The notes below the pieces were generated by a model. It did not search any database. It saw only the letters and a program-made list of their open reading frames with translations, and had not been told where the DNA came from. Below, one piece after another: positions 39,273-49,902 of a stretch of DNA of 64,000 nt. How positions within the stretch are numbered: position 1 is the stretch's first letter; every line of letters begins with the position of its first letter. Made by a program: the position numbers and the translations under genes. This DNA comes from Acidimicrobiia bacterium (GTDB taxonomy: Bacteria; Actinomycetota; Acidimicrobiia; Spongiisociales; ZC4RG35). The stretch covers positions 32,070 to 96,069 of the forward strand of contig DASUUC010000038.1 in assembly GCA_036374335.1 (NCBI GenBank), read 5' to 3'.

Positions 39273-39894
39273 CCTCGCTCATGGCGAAGTGGTCGACGCC
39301 CACTACGAGGAGCACGAGTCCACCGGCATCGAAAGCCGCAAGTTGGGGATGTGGGTGTTTCTCAGCTCGGAGTTCCTCTTCTTCGGCGCCCTCATCAGCA
39401 ACTACTTGCTCTACTCGCACAGGGGTGGTTTCGAGGGGGTCTACCCGGCCGAGATCTATGACATCCCCTTCACGTCGGTCAGCTCATTCGTGCTGCTGAT
39501 GTCTTCGCTGACCATGGTTCTGGCCCACAATGCCCTCTCCCGCAACGATCAGAACGGGTCCCGGACCTGGCTGTTCGCCACCGCCGCTCTCGGCTCGATC
39601 TTCCTCGGCGGGCAAGTCTTCGAGTTCTTCGAGTTCATCACCGTCTCCGACATGACATTGTCCACCAACCCGGCTGCATCCGCGTTCTACCTGCTCACCG
39701 GGTTCCACGGGACCCACGTCGCCATCGGAGTGATCATGCTCCTTTCACTCTGGGGCATCTCCAGACGGCGGAACGGGCTCAGCGAGAAGCACGGGCTCAA
39801 TCTGGAGCTGGTGGGTCTGTACTGGCACTTCGTCGACATCATCTGGATCGTCATCTTCACGGTTGTCTATCTGCTCTCCGTTCCGCCGGCATGA
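39265..39894 (+). CDS. ctaE: cytochrome c oxidase subunit III
   Basis: COX3 family motifs (FFGALISNY, HGTHVAIG). 209 aa. Confidence 0.85.
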   Translation: MSDLAHGEVVDAHYEEHESTGIESRKLGMWVFLSSEFLFFGALISNYLLYSHRGGFEGVYPAEIYDIPFTSVSSFVLLMSSLTMVLAHNALSRNDQNGSRTWLFATAALGSIFLGGQVFEFFEFITVSDMTLSTNPAASAFYLLTGFHGTHVAIGVIMLLSLWGISRRRNGLSEKHGLNLELVGLYWHFVDIIWIVIFTVVYLLSVPPA

Positions 39895-40199
39895 CCTCAG
39901 AGCACCACAGCCATCCCACTCCGGGCCAGTATTGGAAGATCGCGGCGTTCCTCGCGGTGGTCACGGCCATCGAGGTGGCCATGTATTACATCGACCGGGA
40001 GCTGGGGTTGGGTTTTCTCAACGCAGCCGTACTGCTCAGTCTCTCCGCGGTCAAGTTCCTCGTTGTGGTCGGCTGGTTCATGCATGTCAGGTTTGAGAAA
40101 CCGATGATCAGCCGGTTCTTCACCGCCGGCTTCGTCCTGGCCTGCGCCCTCTACCTGGTGGTCCTCGCCGCGCTGGGAGTCGTGGTCATCCGGGGGTGA
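39891..40199 (+). CDS. cytochrome c oxidase subunit IV (prokaryotic CoxD/CtaF-like)
   Basis: 102 aa with 3 TM helices, immediately after ctaE, overlapping its stop. Confidence 0.6.
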   Translation: MTSEHHSHPTPGQYWKIAAFLAVVTAIEVAMYYIDRELGLGFLNAAVLLSLSAVKFLVVVGWFMHVRFEKPMISRFFTAGFVLACALYLVVLAALGVVVIRG

Positions 40200-40253
40200 G
40201 CGAACGAATCCTCCGCCTTCGTCATCGGGGCCGACCCTGGTAAAACATTCGCG

Positions 40254-41342
40254 ATGACACGCCCCCTGGAACCGGGCCGGTTCTTCCTGCCCGGCCCCAC
40301 CGAAGTCCACCCGGACGTGCTCGCTGCCCAAGATGGACCGATGATCGGTCACCGCGGGCAAGCCATCCAGGATCTGTTCGCCTCGATCGAAAAAGGCCTC
40401 AAACCTGTTTTCCAGACCGATCGTCCGGTCATCGTGTCGACCTCCTCGGCATCGGGGCTGATGGAGGCGGCAGTCCGCAACGGAGTGGTCGACGGCAAGG
40501 TCCTCAGCCTCGTCAACGGTGCCTTCTCCGATCGGTTCGCCAAGATCGCCATGTCCTGCGGGCTCGACGTCGAGAAGTTGGAGGTCGAGTGGGGCCAGGT
40601 CCACGACCCCGGCGCGGTGGCGGAGCGATTGGCGAACCGGGGGTACGACGCGGTCACCATGTCGCATTCGGAGACGTCCACCGGTGCGTTGCAGGATCTG
40701 GAGGCAATCGCTGGAGTCGTAAATCAGCATGAGGACACTCTTCTCCTGGTCGACTCCGTGACCGGGATCGGCGGTGCCGAGACCCACACCGACAGGTGGG
40801 GCATCGATTTCATCCTCACCGGCTCCCAGAAGGCATTGGCCCTGCCACCGGGTCTCGCCTTCGGAGTTGCCAACGAAGTCATGCTGGAACGGTCGGCAAA
40901 AGCTCCGGCGAAGGGCTGGTATTTCGACCTCGCGGTCCTCCACGACCAGATCACGAACCACCAGACCCCGGCGACACCGGCCATCTCTCTTCTCTACGCG
41001 CTGGACTTCCAGCTCGAGCGGATCGCCGAGGAGACCATGGAAGGCCGCTGGCGACGGCACGCCGCCATGCAACAGAGAATGTTCCGGTGGGTCGAGGAGA
41101 TGAGAGACAGAGGTCTCGACATGGATGTCTTCGCCGAGGAAGGGCACCGCTCACCCACAGTCACCTGCATCGCCACAGACAGGGCCCGTCCGGTCGTCGC
41201 CGATCTTCTCGATCGGGGATGGGTGATCGGAGGTGGCTACGGAAAACTCAAAGAGACGACGATCCGCATCGGTCACATGGGTGACCACACCCTGGAGGAG
41301 CTCGAAGCACTGCTCGAAGTTCTCACCGACGTGATGACATGA
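40254..41342 (+). CDS. class V aminotransferase (serine-pyruvate/alanine-glyoxylate or phosphoserine aminotransferase family)
   Basis: PLP-dependent fold type I with the class V layout. Followed by, and overlapping, a phosphoglycerate dehydrogenase gene, which suggests serine biosynthesis. Confidence 0.65.
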   Translation: MTRPLEPGRFFLPGPTEVHPDVLAAQDGPMIGHRGQAIQDLFASIEKGLKPVFQTDRPVIVSTSSASGLMEAAVRNGVVDGKVLSLVNGAFSDRFAKIAMSCGLDVEKLEVEWGQVHDPGAVAERLANRGYDAVTMSHSETSTGALQDLEAIAGVVNQHEDTLLLVDSVTGIGGAETHTDRWGIDFILTGSQKALALPPGLAFGVANEVMLERSAKAPAKGWYFDLAVLHDQITNHQTPATPAISLLYALDFQLERIAEETMEGRWRRHAAMQQRMFRWVEEMRDRGLDMDVFAEEGHRSPTVTCIATDRARPVVADLLDRGWVIGGGYGKLKETTIRIGHMGDHTLEELEALLEVLTDVMT

Positions 41343-42301
41343 CCCATCGGGTCCTCGTCACCGACGCGGTCGCCTTCTCAGGGCTGGGTCCACTCGTGGG
41401 CAGCGAGGCTTTCGAAGTGGTCTCCATCGACGACTCGTCTTCGGAGGACTTCGTGTCCGCCCTGCCCGCCGCCGAAGCCCTGATCGTGCGCAGCGGCACC
41501 AAGGTCACCCGGGATCTGCTGTCGCTGGCACCGAACCTGAAGGCAGTGGGCCGGGCGGGGACGGGGGTGGACAACGTCGACATTCCAGCCGCGTCGGAGA
41601 TGGGAATCGCGGTCTTCAACGCCCCCGGGGGGAACACCATCGCCGCGGCGGAGCTGACCATGGCCCTCCTCATCTCGGTGGCCCGCAGGATCCCGGCGGC
41701 GGAGGCGTCTCTGCGCAGCGGTCACTGGGATCGGGCGGGCTTCGAGGGTGTAGAACTACGGGGGAAGACACTTGGCCTCATCGGAGCCGGCCGCATCGGC
41801 GGCGAGGTGGGCATTCGCTGCAAGGCATTCGAGATGGATGTGATCGCATACGACCCCTACCTGTCACCCACGCGCGCCGACGAACTTGGCATCGAGATGG
41901 TGGGATTGGAGGAGGTCCTCCAGCGTGGTGACTTCATCTCGACTCACGTCCCTCTGACCGACGAGACCATGGGGATCATCGGTCCCGAGGCTCTGAGTCA
42001 GATGAAGCCAACGGCATTCTTGGTGAATGCGTCCCGGGGCGGGGTGGTGGACGAATCTGGCCTGGCCAAGGCCCTCCACAACGGTGACATCGCGGGTGCC
42101 GCCCTCGACGTATATGAGAGCGAGCCGCTCCCGTCTGATTCGCCGCTGCGAGATGCGCCCAATCTCGTTCTCACGCCACACCTGGGAGCATCGACTGCCG
42201 AGGCACAGGTCGGGGTGGCTACGGAGGTTGCACACAAGATCAGGCTGTTGTTGGAGACCGGCAACCGAGCCGACGCGATCAACGCCGCGGACCTTGGCTG
42301 A
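41339..42301 (+). CDS. D-3-phosphoglycerate dehydrogenase-like 2-hydroxyacid dehydrogenase
   Basis: GLIGAGRIGGEVG NAD-binding motif. Catalytic R/E/H positions of D-isomer-specific dehydrogenases. 320 aa; no ACT domain. Confidence 0.7.
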   Translation: MTHRVLVTDAVAFSGLGPLVGSEAFEVVSIDDSSSEDFVSALPAAEALIVRSGTKVTRDLLSLAPNLKAVGRAGTGVDNVDIPAASEMGIAVFNAPGGNTIAAAELTMALLISVARRIPAAEASLRSGHWDRAGFEGVELRGKTLGLIGAGRIGGEVGIRCKAFEMDVIAYDPYLSPTRADELGIEMVGLEEVLQRGDFISTHVPLTDETMGIIGPEALSQMKPTAFLVNASRGGVVDESGLAKALHNGDIAGAALDVYESEPLPSDSPLRDAPNLVLTPHLGASTAEAQVGVATEVAHKIRLLLETGNRADAINAADLG

Positions 42302-42434
42302 TGAAGTGGGCCAAGCTGCGATACGAGTTCGCGCCCACTCGACCAAGCCAGCGCAAGGTATTGATCGATCGGATCAGGTCCACCTGGGGTGATGTCGTCG
42401 CCCGAGGTTCGTAGGCGTCATCGGAGGACCTGGC

Positions 42435-43619
42435 TCAGAACAACTGGACGATTGCAGTCTCTTCCTGGGCAGGCTCCTCGGCATGCTCATCGCCCTGGGT
42501 GGCGAACAGCACGGAGATGATGATCAGCAAGACGATGCCGATTCCGATCACGGCCACCACCAAATCGCCGAAAGAAATCCTCATCTCGGGTCGGGACCCC
42601 GCCAACGCTGAGAAGCCGAGAACCCCACCGGCGGCGATGACCGCAACGATCGCCCCCCCGGCTCCCGGAGCGAAATGGTTCGACTCGATCAGCGCAAACG
42701 CAAAGGGAATCACGAGGAGCACCAGCAACAGGAGCCCTGCGACGGGAATACTGACGGCGTGGCGAAGCCGGCTCTTGACCGCCTCGACCTCTTCGCTATC
42801 CGAGTCGTCGACTGCCACGGGCACGCCCAGCAGCTGTGGCACCAGGGCAGTCAGCGCGCCCAGAATCGCTCCACCGATGATCATGACGAACAGCGTGGCG
42901 AGAACAGGAAGCTGAACCAAGGCAGGGTCGGATCCCTCGACCGGCGTCCCGAACCCGTTGAGCATGGCACCACCAACCACACCGAGGATCAATCCGAGCC
43001 CAGCTCCGAGCCAGGCCGTGGCGCCCCTCGATGACGAGAGCTGCATGGCAGGGTTGGTCCAGGCTGTGGCGGCCCGTGACATCGCGGCAACAATCGCTCC
43101 GAAGACCACGCTCACCAGCGCAATGGCGACGATGACACTATTCGGGCTGACCTCAACCACGGGACCAGCTTCGGGGAGTGCGGTGGTGGTTGGGGCCCAA
43201 AAGGCACTGGAGACGAGGAACCCGACCACGCCGAGAGCGGCGCCGGTCCAGGCGCCGATGCGAACCGCGGTCTTGATCCGAATCGCGAGGGGAACGGGCT
43301 CTAGGGCTTCCTCGGGCTCAGGCTCATAGTCGACGGTGGGTTGTTCCGGGGCGGGTGACGATTCCTCGATGACTGCTACCGGAGCCGCTTCCGGTTCAGC
43401 CGCAGCTTCGGTTTCCTGCTCAGGCTCCGGTTGGGGAGCCTCAGTCGCCGGCTCTGGCTCGTCGGCTGCCGCTGCGGGTGGTGGCGCATCCCCGGCCCAG
43501 GCGGCGAGGATGTCTTCGACGGAGGTCCCGTTGGCCGCAGCTCGAGCGGCCGCCGAGCGTTGCACCAGCTCGCGTGGGGTACCCAACACATCACTGGCCG
43601 CCTCGAGAAGATCACTCAC
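42435..43619 (-). CDS. hypothetical membrane protein with acidic/Pro-Glu-rich N-terminal region
   Basis: N-terminal soluble segment (PEPATEAPQPEPEQETE...) followed by several TM helices. Confidence 0.4.
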   Translation of the reverse strand: MSDLLEAASDVLGTPRELVQRSAAARAAANGTSVEDILAAWAGDAPPPAAAADEPEPATEAPQPEPEQETEAAAEPEAAPVAVIEESSPAPEQPTVDYEPEPEEALEPVPLAIRIKTAVRIGAWTGAALGVVGFLVSSAFWAPTTTALPEAGPVVEVSPNSVIVAIALVSVVFGAIVAAMSRAATAWTNPAMQLSSSRGATAWLGAGLGLILGVVGGAMLNGFGTPVEGSDPALVQLPVLATLFVMIIGGAILGALTALVPQLLGVPVAVDDSDSEEVEAVKSRLRHAVSIPVAGLLLLVLLVIPFAFALIESNHFAPGAGGAIVAVIAAGGVLGFSALAGSRPEMRISFGDLVVAVIGIGIVLLIIISVLFATQGDEHAEEPAQEETAIVQLF

Positions 43620-43661
43620 GGTCGCGCACTTTAGCCAGCCACCGTGCAGTCAAACAGCCTG

Positions 43662-44444
43662 CTACCCGGCGTTGCGCTCATCCCGCCAGGCGAGCCAGTC
43701 GGCCACCGGGGAGAGGTCGTACCCGCTTCTGCCGTCGAAGCCCAGTGTGATCACCCTTGCTCCGGCCTCGACCAACTGGTCTCCAGTCTCCACCCGGGTG
43801 GGACTGGCGCCGCACGACCTGGCGATCTCCGAAGGATCACGGCCGACATGGGCACAGTGCTGGTCGAGGATCTGGTTCTTGCGCCGAATGACATCGGCGT
43901 TGCCGAATCCGTGCCAGATGTCGGCGTACTCGGCGGTGTACCTGAGTGTCTTCTTCTCGCCGCCTCCTCCAATGAGAATCGGGATTTCCCTCTTCGGTTG
44001 CGGATTCAACCTCGAGAGCCTGTCCTTGATCCTGGGCAGTGAGTTCCTCAGGTCGGCCAGTCTCGAGCCGGCCGTCCCGAATTCGTACCCGTATTCGTCA
44101 TAGTCCTTCTCGAACCAACCGGCACCGATGCCGAGAATGAGCCTGCCGCTCGAAGCATGGTCCACGGTGCGCGCCATGTCGGCGAGAAGCTCTGGGTTGC
44201 GGTAGCTGTTGCAGGTGACCAGGGCTCCGATCTCGACCTGCTCGGTCACTTCGGCCCACGTCCCGAGCATCGTCCAGCACTCGAAGTGCTTTCCATCCGG
44301 TTCCCCGGACAGAGGGAAGAAGTGGTCCCAGTTGAAGACGACGTCGACACCCATCTCCTCTCCACGGATAACAGCACTGCGAATCTCGGAGAACTCGGCG
44401 TGTTGTGGCTGCAACTGGAGGGCGACGCGAATGGGATGCTTCAT
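43662..44444 (-). CDS. LLM class (luciferase-like) F420-dependent oxidoreductase
   Basis: LLM fold motifs (LGIGAGW, IGGGG). Confidence 0.6.
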   Translation of the reverse strand: MKHPIRVALQLQPQHAEFSEIRSAVIRGEEMGVDVVFNWDHFFPLSGEPDGKHFECWTMLGTWAEVTEQVEIGALVTCNSYRNPELLADMARTVDHASSGRLILGIGAGWFEKDYDEYGYEFGTAGSRLADLRNSLPRIKDRLSRLNPQPKREIPILIGGGGEKKTLRYTAEYADIWHGFGNADVIRRKNQILDQHCAHVGRDPSEIARSCGASPTRVETGDQLVEAGARVITLGFDGRSGYDLSPVADWLAWRDERNAG

Positions 44445-44513
44445 TGAAAGGCTCCTGGAACGGGACCGCTCAGACCTTAGAGGCCGGCTGGCCGATCCAT
44501 CGCGCCCGAGCCA

Positions 44514-45653
44514 TCACACCTCGATCCCATAGAGGGTGTCGACGATCAGCTCATCAACGACAGCCTGAAGCGCTTCCCGTTCGTCGGCACCACCGGTGAT
44601 TGCTTTTTCGTAGGCGGCGATCTGGCGCTGGGCGCTGGTCCCGTCGCGGAGAATGTCCCGGGCGTGTCTGATCTCGTCTCTCACGTCGAATTCGATGGCA
44701 TCCTGGGAGACCAGCTCGATGATCTCTTCGACCAGGTCGGGGAATGGCACCAGCGTTCCCTTGCCGAAGTCTACGAGCGAGCCTGTTGTCCCGTAGCGTT
44801 GCGCCCGCCATACGTTCTCCTCGATGATGCCGGGTGCGTAAGTCCTCCACTTCTGGTTGTTGCGGCGGAGCCGGTACAGGAACCCGAGCAATGCCTGATA
44901 CAACGCCGCGATGGTCATGGCATCGTCGAGCCGTGTGCACACGTCGCTGACACGCATCTCCAGCGTCGGGTACTTCGCCGATGGGCGGATGTCCCACCAA
45001 AGCTTGGAAGCGTCTTCGATGAGCCCGGCATCGACCAGGATCTCCACGTATCGCTCGTATTCGGCGTAGGAGATGAACTCCTCGGGAATGCCGGTGCGGG
45101 GCATGTTCTGGAAGATCACCAGACGGTACGCATGCAGCCCGGTTACCACCCCGTCCCAGAACGGAGACGAGGTCGACAACGCGAGCAGGTGGGGGAGGAA
45201 GTACTTGACCTGGTTCATCAGGTCGATGCGGAGATGGTCATCGGCTATGCCCACGTGGACGTGCATCCCGCAGATGACTAGTTGTCTGGCCACCTGCTGG
45301 TAGTCGGCACGGAGACGCATGTAACGGGGTTCCTCGGTGGTCTCCTGCTGCGCCCAGTTGGCAAACGGGTGAGTCGACGAGGCGATGATCGCCGCTCCGT
45401 ATTCGCTGACCACCTTGGAGAGGTCCCGTCGCAGCGTGGCCAGGTCTTCTCGCGCCTCGGAGACCTTGGCGCACACTTTGGTACCGACCTCGATCTGGGC
45501 CTGAAGGAATTCCTGGGTGACCTGTCCGCCCAGAACCTGGCCCAGGGCGTCCCACATCTCCTTGGGGGGCTTGGTGAACAGGTCGCGGGTTGCCCGATCG
45601 ACCACGAGATACTCCTCTTCGATGCCGATGGTGAATTCGGGTCGCTCGATCAC
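44514..45653 (-). CDS. carboxylate-amine ligase (glutamate-cysteine ligase family 2, YbdK-like)
   Basis: N-terminal FTIGIEEEYLVVD is the GCS2 signature. Confidence 0.75.
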   Translation of the reverse strand: MIERPEFTIGIEEEYLVVDRATRDLFTKPPKEMWDALGQVLGGQVTQEFLQAQIEVGTKVCAKVSEAREDLATLRRDLSKVVSEYGAAIIASSTHPFANWAQQETTEEPRYMRLRADYQQVARQLVICGMHVHVGIADDHLRIDLMNQVKYFLPHLLALSTSSPFWDGVVTGLHAYRLVIFQNMPRTGIPEEFISYAEYERYVEILVDAGLIEDASKLWWDIRPSAKYPTLEMRVSDVCTRLDDAMTIAALYQALLGFLYRLRRNNQKWRTYAPGIIEENVWRAQRYGTTGSLVDFGKGTLVPFPDLVEEIIELVSQDAIEFDVRDEIRHARDILRDGTSAQRQIAAYEKAITGGADEREALQAVVDELIVDTLYGIEV

Positions 45654-46252
45654 ATCGCAGAGATTAGAGACCGACGTTCCGTGGCACGGACCTCACGGAC
45701 ATGGCACCCTTCGAGATGGTCGTTGACCAAACCCATGGCCTGCATGAAGGCGTGCACTGTGGTCGGGCCGACGAACGTCCATCCTCTTCGCTTCAAGTCC
45801 TTCGATAGCGCTGTGGAGATGTCGGTCGTGGCCACGATCGCCTTCGGGGCGGGGGTCTCCGGACCCGCCCATGACCAGAAGTACTCACTCAGCGAGCCCT
45901 GCTCGTCGATCAGCTCGAGAGCTCGGTCCGCGTTGTTGATCGTGGAGCGGATCTTGCCTTCATGGCGGACGATCCCTTCATTCGACAAGAGGCGTGAGAT
46001 GTCTGCTTCGTCGAATTTGGCCACTGCAATGGGGTCGAAGCCCGCGAACGCCACCCTGAAGTGCTCCCTCTTGCGGAGGATGGTCAGCCAAGAGAGGCCG
46101 GCCTGGAACCCTTCGAGACAGACCTTTTCATACAGCCGGTGGTCGTCCGTTGTTGGTCGTCCCCACTCGTCGTCGTGGTACATCCGGTAGATCTCGGGTT
46201 CGGACCCCCACCAGCAGCGGGGCAGATCATCGACGCCAACGACGAGCTCCAT
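45650..46252 (-). CDS. tag: DNA-3-methyladenine glycosylase I
   Basis: Start at internal Met 46252 (MELVVGVDDLPRCWWG...YHDDEWGRP...EGFQAGLSWLTIL), the Tag signature. Start overlaps the upstream LLM stop. Confidence 0.8.
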   Translation of the reverse strand: MELVVGVDDLPRCWWGSEPEIYRMYHDDEWGRPTTDDHRLYEKVCLEGFQAGLSWLTILRKREHFRVAFAGFDPIAVAKFDEADISRLLSNEGIVRHEGKIRSTINNADRALELIDEQGSLSEYFWSWAGPETPAPKAIVATTDISTALSKDLKRRGWTFVGPTTVHAFMQAMGLVNDHLEGCHVREVRATERRSLISAM

Positions 46253-47235
46253 CACTGGAAGGCGGGAATCACTTCTTTGGCGAATAGCTCGAGGCCGGAG
46301 CGGTCGTAGGCTGCGTCTGCGAAATAGACGATGGCGTAGCCCATCCCCGCGTCTTCGTAGCCCTTGAGCCACTCGACCACCTGTTCTGGCGTTCCCGATG
46401 CTCCATCGTGCAGGCGTGCCGTTCGCTCGGCAGCCTCCGCCGGGACGTACTGCTTCAGGTGCGCGAGGAGCCGGTCCTTCTTCTCCTGGACTCCGGCCTC
46501 GGTCTCAGCGCACAGGATGTTGAAGTTGGCCGACCTGGTGATCGACTCGAAGTCGGTACCGACGTCTTCGCAGTGCCCTTTCAGGATTTCCGACTTCGTC
46601 TTGAATCCGTCCAGAGCGTCACCCCCGAAATTGGTGTACTGGGCATAGCGAGCGGCGATGTTCAGGGTCACCTTCTCGCCGCCACCGGCGATCCACAAGG
46701 GTATGTGGGGCTCCTGAACCGGTTTGGGTTGACAGATCGCTCCCTGCATGTCGTAGTACTCGCCGTCGTAGTCGACCACCTCCTCGGTCCACATCGCCTT
46801 CATGATCTCCACACCTTCTCGAAGCATGCCGAGACGACCGCCCGGAGAGCGAAACTCATAGCCATAGCCGTCGTGTTCGTGCTCGTACCATCCTGCTCCA
46901 ATCCCCATCTCCAATCGACCGTCCGAGATCACGTCGATGGACGCCGCCACCTTGGCCAGATAGGAAGGGGGTCGATAGGTGTTGCAGGTGCACATCTGCC
47001 CGAGACGCACCGAGTCGGTCGTCGCGGCGAGGGCGGCCATGAGAGTCCACGCTTCGTACGTCACCTCCTGCGTGGGCTCGGGGACGGTGTGGAAGTGGTC
47101 GTAGACCCACAACGAGTCGAATCCGAGCGACTCGATGTCCTTGGCCACTGCGAGCAGCGTCGGCCAGTGCCCTTCTCGGGGGATGCCGGCGAGGTCGATA
47201 CGCCAGCCTTGGGGTACGAACGCTCCGAATCTCAT
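46252..47235 (-). CDS. LLM class F420-dependent oxidoreductase
   Basis: MRFGAFVPQGW...SLWVYDHF N-terminus, typical of the F420-dependent LLM subfamily. Confidence 0.65.
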   Translation of the reverse strand: MRFGAFVPQGWRIDLAGIPREGHWPTLLAVAKDIESLGFDSLWVYDHFHTVPEPTQEVTYEAWTLMAALAATTDSVRLGQMCTCNTYRPPSYLAKVAASIDVISDGRLEMGIGAGWYEHEHDGYGYEFRSPGGRLGMLREGVEIMKAMWTEEVVDYDGEYYDMQGAICQPKPVQEPHIPLWIAGGGEKVTLNIAARYAQYTNFGGDALDGFKTKSEILKGHCEDVGTDFESITRSANFNILCAETEAGVQEKKDRLLAHLKQYVPAEAAERTARLHDGASGTPEQVVEWLKGYEDAGMGYAIVYFADAAYDRSGLELFAKEVIPAFQ

Positions 47236-47295
47236 GACGCGAGCGTAGACAGAACGGCTTTAACCCTGGTTAGCGGGCCCTCTTCTAGGTTCAGC

Positions 47296-48831
47296 ATGGT
47301 GCAGTCGACCCGTCTCCGTGATCTGATGTCCGGTGCCCTGTCCGCGGGACTGGCCCTCGGGGTGTCGGAGCTGTTGGCCGGGCTGATCGCCAGTGCCCCC
47401 TCTCTCGTGGAGAGTCTGGGTAATTGGGTGATCGACAACGTGCCGCAGACCGTCAAGGAATGGGCGATTGCCACCTTTGGCACCGCGGACAAACCCATCT
47501 TGCTGGCCGGCATCATCGTTGTGACCCTCATGATCGGTGGAGCGGTCGGATTGTTCTCCCGGGAGCGGTTCTGGATCGCAGGAACCGTGTTCTTGGCTTT
47601 CGGTGTCATCGCCGCCGCCGCAGCTTCAGTTGACCCTGACGTGTCCCTCGGCGTCGCCACCATCCCTGCGGGTGCCGCGGTAATCGCCGGTTTGGCAACC
47701 CTCCGCATGCTGTACAACGTGGCAGCGCCGAAGTCGGTGAGCTCCATCGATACCACCAAAAGAGACTTCCTCATCGGCGCCGTCACCGTGCTCGGGGTTG
47801 CCGCACTCGCCGGCACATTTGGCCGGGTTCTCATCGAGAGGGCGAAGCGGGCCGTCGCCGGCAGAGACGACGTGACGCTTCCCACCGCCGCCGAGTCACT
47901 TCCCCCGGTCTCCGATGCGGCCAAGTTCGAGATCCAAGGTCTCGAAGATATCCTCGTCCCCAACGAGGACTTCTATCGGATCGACACCGCACTCTCTGTG
48001 CCCCGTGTGGATCTCCAGGAATGGACGCTCGACATCGCCGGCATGGTCGATCGCCCCTACACCATCGATTTCTCCGATCTTCTCGACATGCGCATGGTCG
48101 AGCGCGACGTCACCCTCTCCTGTGTGTCCAATCAGGTCGGTGGGCGCCTGGTTGGCAATGCGCGCTGGCTTGGAGTCCCGCTGACCGAGATCCTCGATCG
48201 CGCCGGCGTCCAGGATGGCGCGGAGCAAATCGTCGGCAGGTCGGTCGATGAGTTCACCGTCGGTTTCCCGGTGGCGGCGGCATACGACGGGCGGGAGGCC
48301 CTCGTTGCTGTAGGGATGAATGGTGAGCCTCTGCCCTTCGAGCACGGATTCCCGGCGCGGTTGGTGGTCGCCGGGCTCTATGGCTATGTCTCGGCGACCA
48401 AGTGGCTTTCGGAGATCGAGTTGACCACATGGGACGGCTTCGATGCCTACTGGGTGCCGCGCGGCTGGGCCAAGGAAGCCCCGATCAAGACCCAGTCCCG
48501 CATCGACACCCCGGCGCAGAGCGCACAGCTCACGGCGGGACCCCAGGTCGTTGCCGGGGTGGCTTGGGCTCCCACCCTGGGAATATCCAAGGTTGAAGTC
48601 CAGCTGGGTGCGGACCAACCCTGGGTCGAAGCCGAGCTGAGCGAGCCGCTGTCGGAAAGCGCCTGGGTCCAGTGGCGTGTCGACTGGGACGTCGCGGCGG
48701 AGGGAGGCCACGAGCTCCGCTGCCGGGCCACCGATGGTGAGGGCAACCTCCAGACCGAGGAGATCAATCCGCCGGCACCCGACGGGGCGACCGGCTGGCA
48801 CACCCGTCGAGTGTTCGTGAGCGGCGCATGA
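47296..48831 (+). CDS. molybdopterin-dependent oxidoreductase (sulfite oxidase family) with N-terminal transmembrane domain
   Basis: ATG at 47296 inside a longer ORF. ~5 TM helices. Moco-binding domain with conserved Cys (VTLSCVSNQVGG), then a dimerisation domain. Confidence 0.65.
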   Translation: MVQSTRLRDLMSGALSAGLALGVSELLAGLIASAPSLVESLGNWVIDNVPQTVKEWAIATFGTADKPILLAGIIVVTLMIGGAVGLFSRERFWIAGTVFLAFGVIAAAAASVDPDVSLGVATIPAGAAVIAGLATLRMLYNVAAPKSVSSIDTTKRDFLIGAVTVLGVAALAGTFGRVLIERAKRAVAGRDDVTLPTAAESLPPVSDAAKFEIQGLEDILVPNEDFYRIDTALSVPRVDLQEWTLDIAGMVDRPYTIDFSDLLDMRMVERDVTLSCVSNQVGGRLVGNARWLGVPLTEILDRAGVQDGAEQIVGRSVDEFTVGFPVAAAYDGREALVAVGMNGEPLPFEHGFPARLVVAGLYGYVSATKWLSEIELTTWDGFDAYWVPRGWAKEAPIKTQSRIDTPAQSAQLTAGPQVVAGVAWAPTLGISKVEVQLGADQPWVEAELSEPLSESAWVQWRVDWDVAAEGGHELRCRATDGEGNLQTEEINPPAPDGATGWHTRRVFVSGA

Positions 48832-48891
48832 CCGGGGTTGCTAATTGCGTCAGGTCTCGGATACCACGACCTGATGCAACAGCAGCCCGGG

Positions 48892-49902
48892 TCATTCCTG
48901 GTTGGCGGCGTCGACGGCGGAGATGGCCCAGGCCAGCCCCGAGTCACGGTCTTCGATAGCGAGGCGCAGCTCCCATCCCGTGCCCGGTGACCCGTCGTCG
49001 AACCATTGGAAATCGAGGCCTTGCAGAGCCTCTCTCATTCGTTCCGGATCGGGCGGCCAGTCGAGATCACACAGGGTGGCGATCGTCCACCAAGCGCCGT
49101 AGCGGCCGGCAGCTGCGCCGCGACGACGCCCATGGGCGCCACCCGAGGCGCCTGCCCACGCCATCCAGCGAATGGCCTCCGGTTTGTCCAATGCCCCGAC
49201 CCGCGCCCCGGTGAGCCCCAGAGCCCTGATGGCGTGTAATGCGGTTCCCTCCACCGCCGATGTCTCGTAGCGACCATTCGACTCGGTAACCCAAGGTTGG
49301 ACGAGGTCGAAGAGCGCCCCCTCCGACTGAGGGTCGTCGATGGCGGTGAACCCGTCAGGCAACTCCCGCGTCTCAACCGTCGGCGGAGGCGGGGAGGGTG
49401 CATCGACCTTGTCGGACTTGTAAGTCGCCACCGAGTACTCCGGCTCCCAATCGAGGAGACCGTTGGGAAGGTCGGCTATCGGTTCGGGGTCCGGGTCTCC
49501 GCGCACCACTCGCTCTGCAGCCGTGACCGCCCGCCATGGCCCCTCGTCGAGATACTCGTCAAGCTCCGCCCAGGTCTTGGTCGAGGCCGCAACCTCAGGG
49601 AGGGGCCCGAGGGTGAACCGGGACACGCCTTCGTTGACGGCCGGTCCCGCCCACTTGCCGGGAGCCTCGAGGGCGAGCCGATAGCGGATGTGCTCCTCCA
49701 CTCCCCAGAGCTGTTTCCCCCGACTCACCGCTTCGCGGCATCGTTCCTTGAGCTCCACGAGCTGATCCCAGTTCTCGTTCGCGCACGATCCGTCTACGAC
49801 GCGCAGCAGCTCGTCGGTGTCTGAATGCTCGATTGCTTCGATTGCCCTCTGACTGATCACGGGTTGGGGCCTGTAGCTACCGGGAGGTCGAGTCGCGACC
49901 AC
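48892..49902 (-). CDS. hypothetical protein
   Basis: 336-aa ORF with high GC3 and no recognisable motif. Overlaps the rhodanese gene start by 46 nt, so its own 3' region or the rhodanese start may need revision. Confidence 0.4.
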   Translation of the reverse strand: MVATRPPGSYRPQPVISQRAIEAIEHSDTDELLRVVDGSCANENWDQLVELKERCREAVSRGKQLWGVEEHIRYRLALEAPGKWAGPAVNEGVSRFTLGPLPEVAASTKTWAELDEYLDEGPWRAVTAAERVVRGDPDPEPIADLPNGLLDWEPEYSVATYKSDKVDAPSPPPPTVETRELPDGFTAIDDPQSEGALFDLVQPWVTESNGRYETSAVEGTALHAIRALGLTGARVGALDKPEAIRWMAWAGASGGAHGRRRGAAAGRYGAWWTIATLCDLDWPPDPERMREALQGLDFQWFDDGSPGTGWELRLAIEDRDSGLAWAISAVDAANQE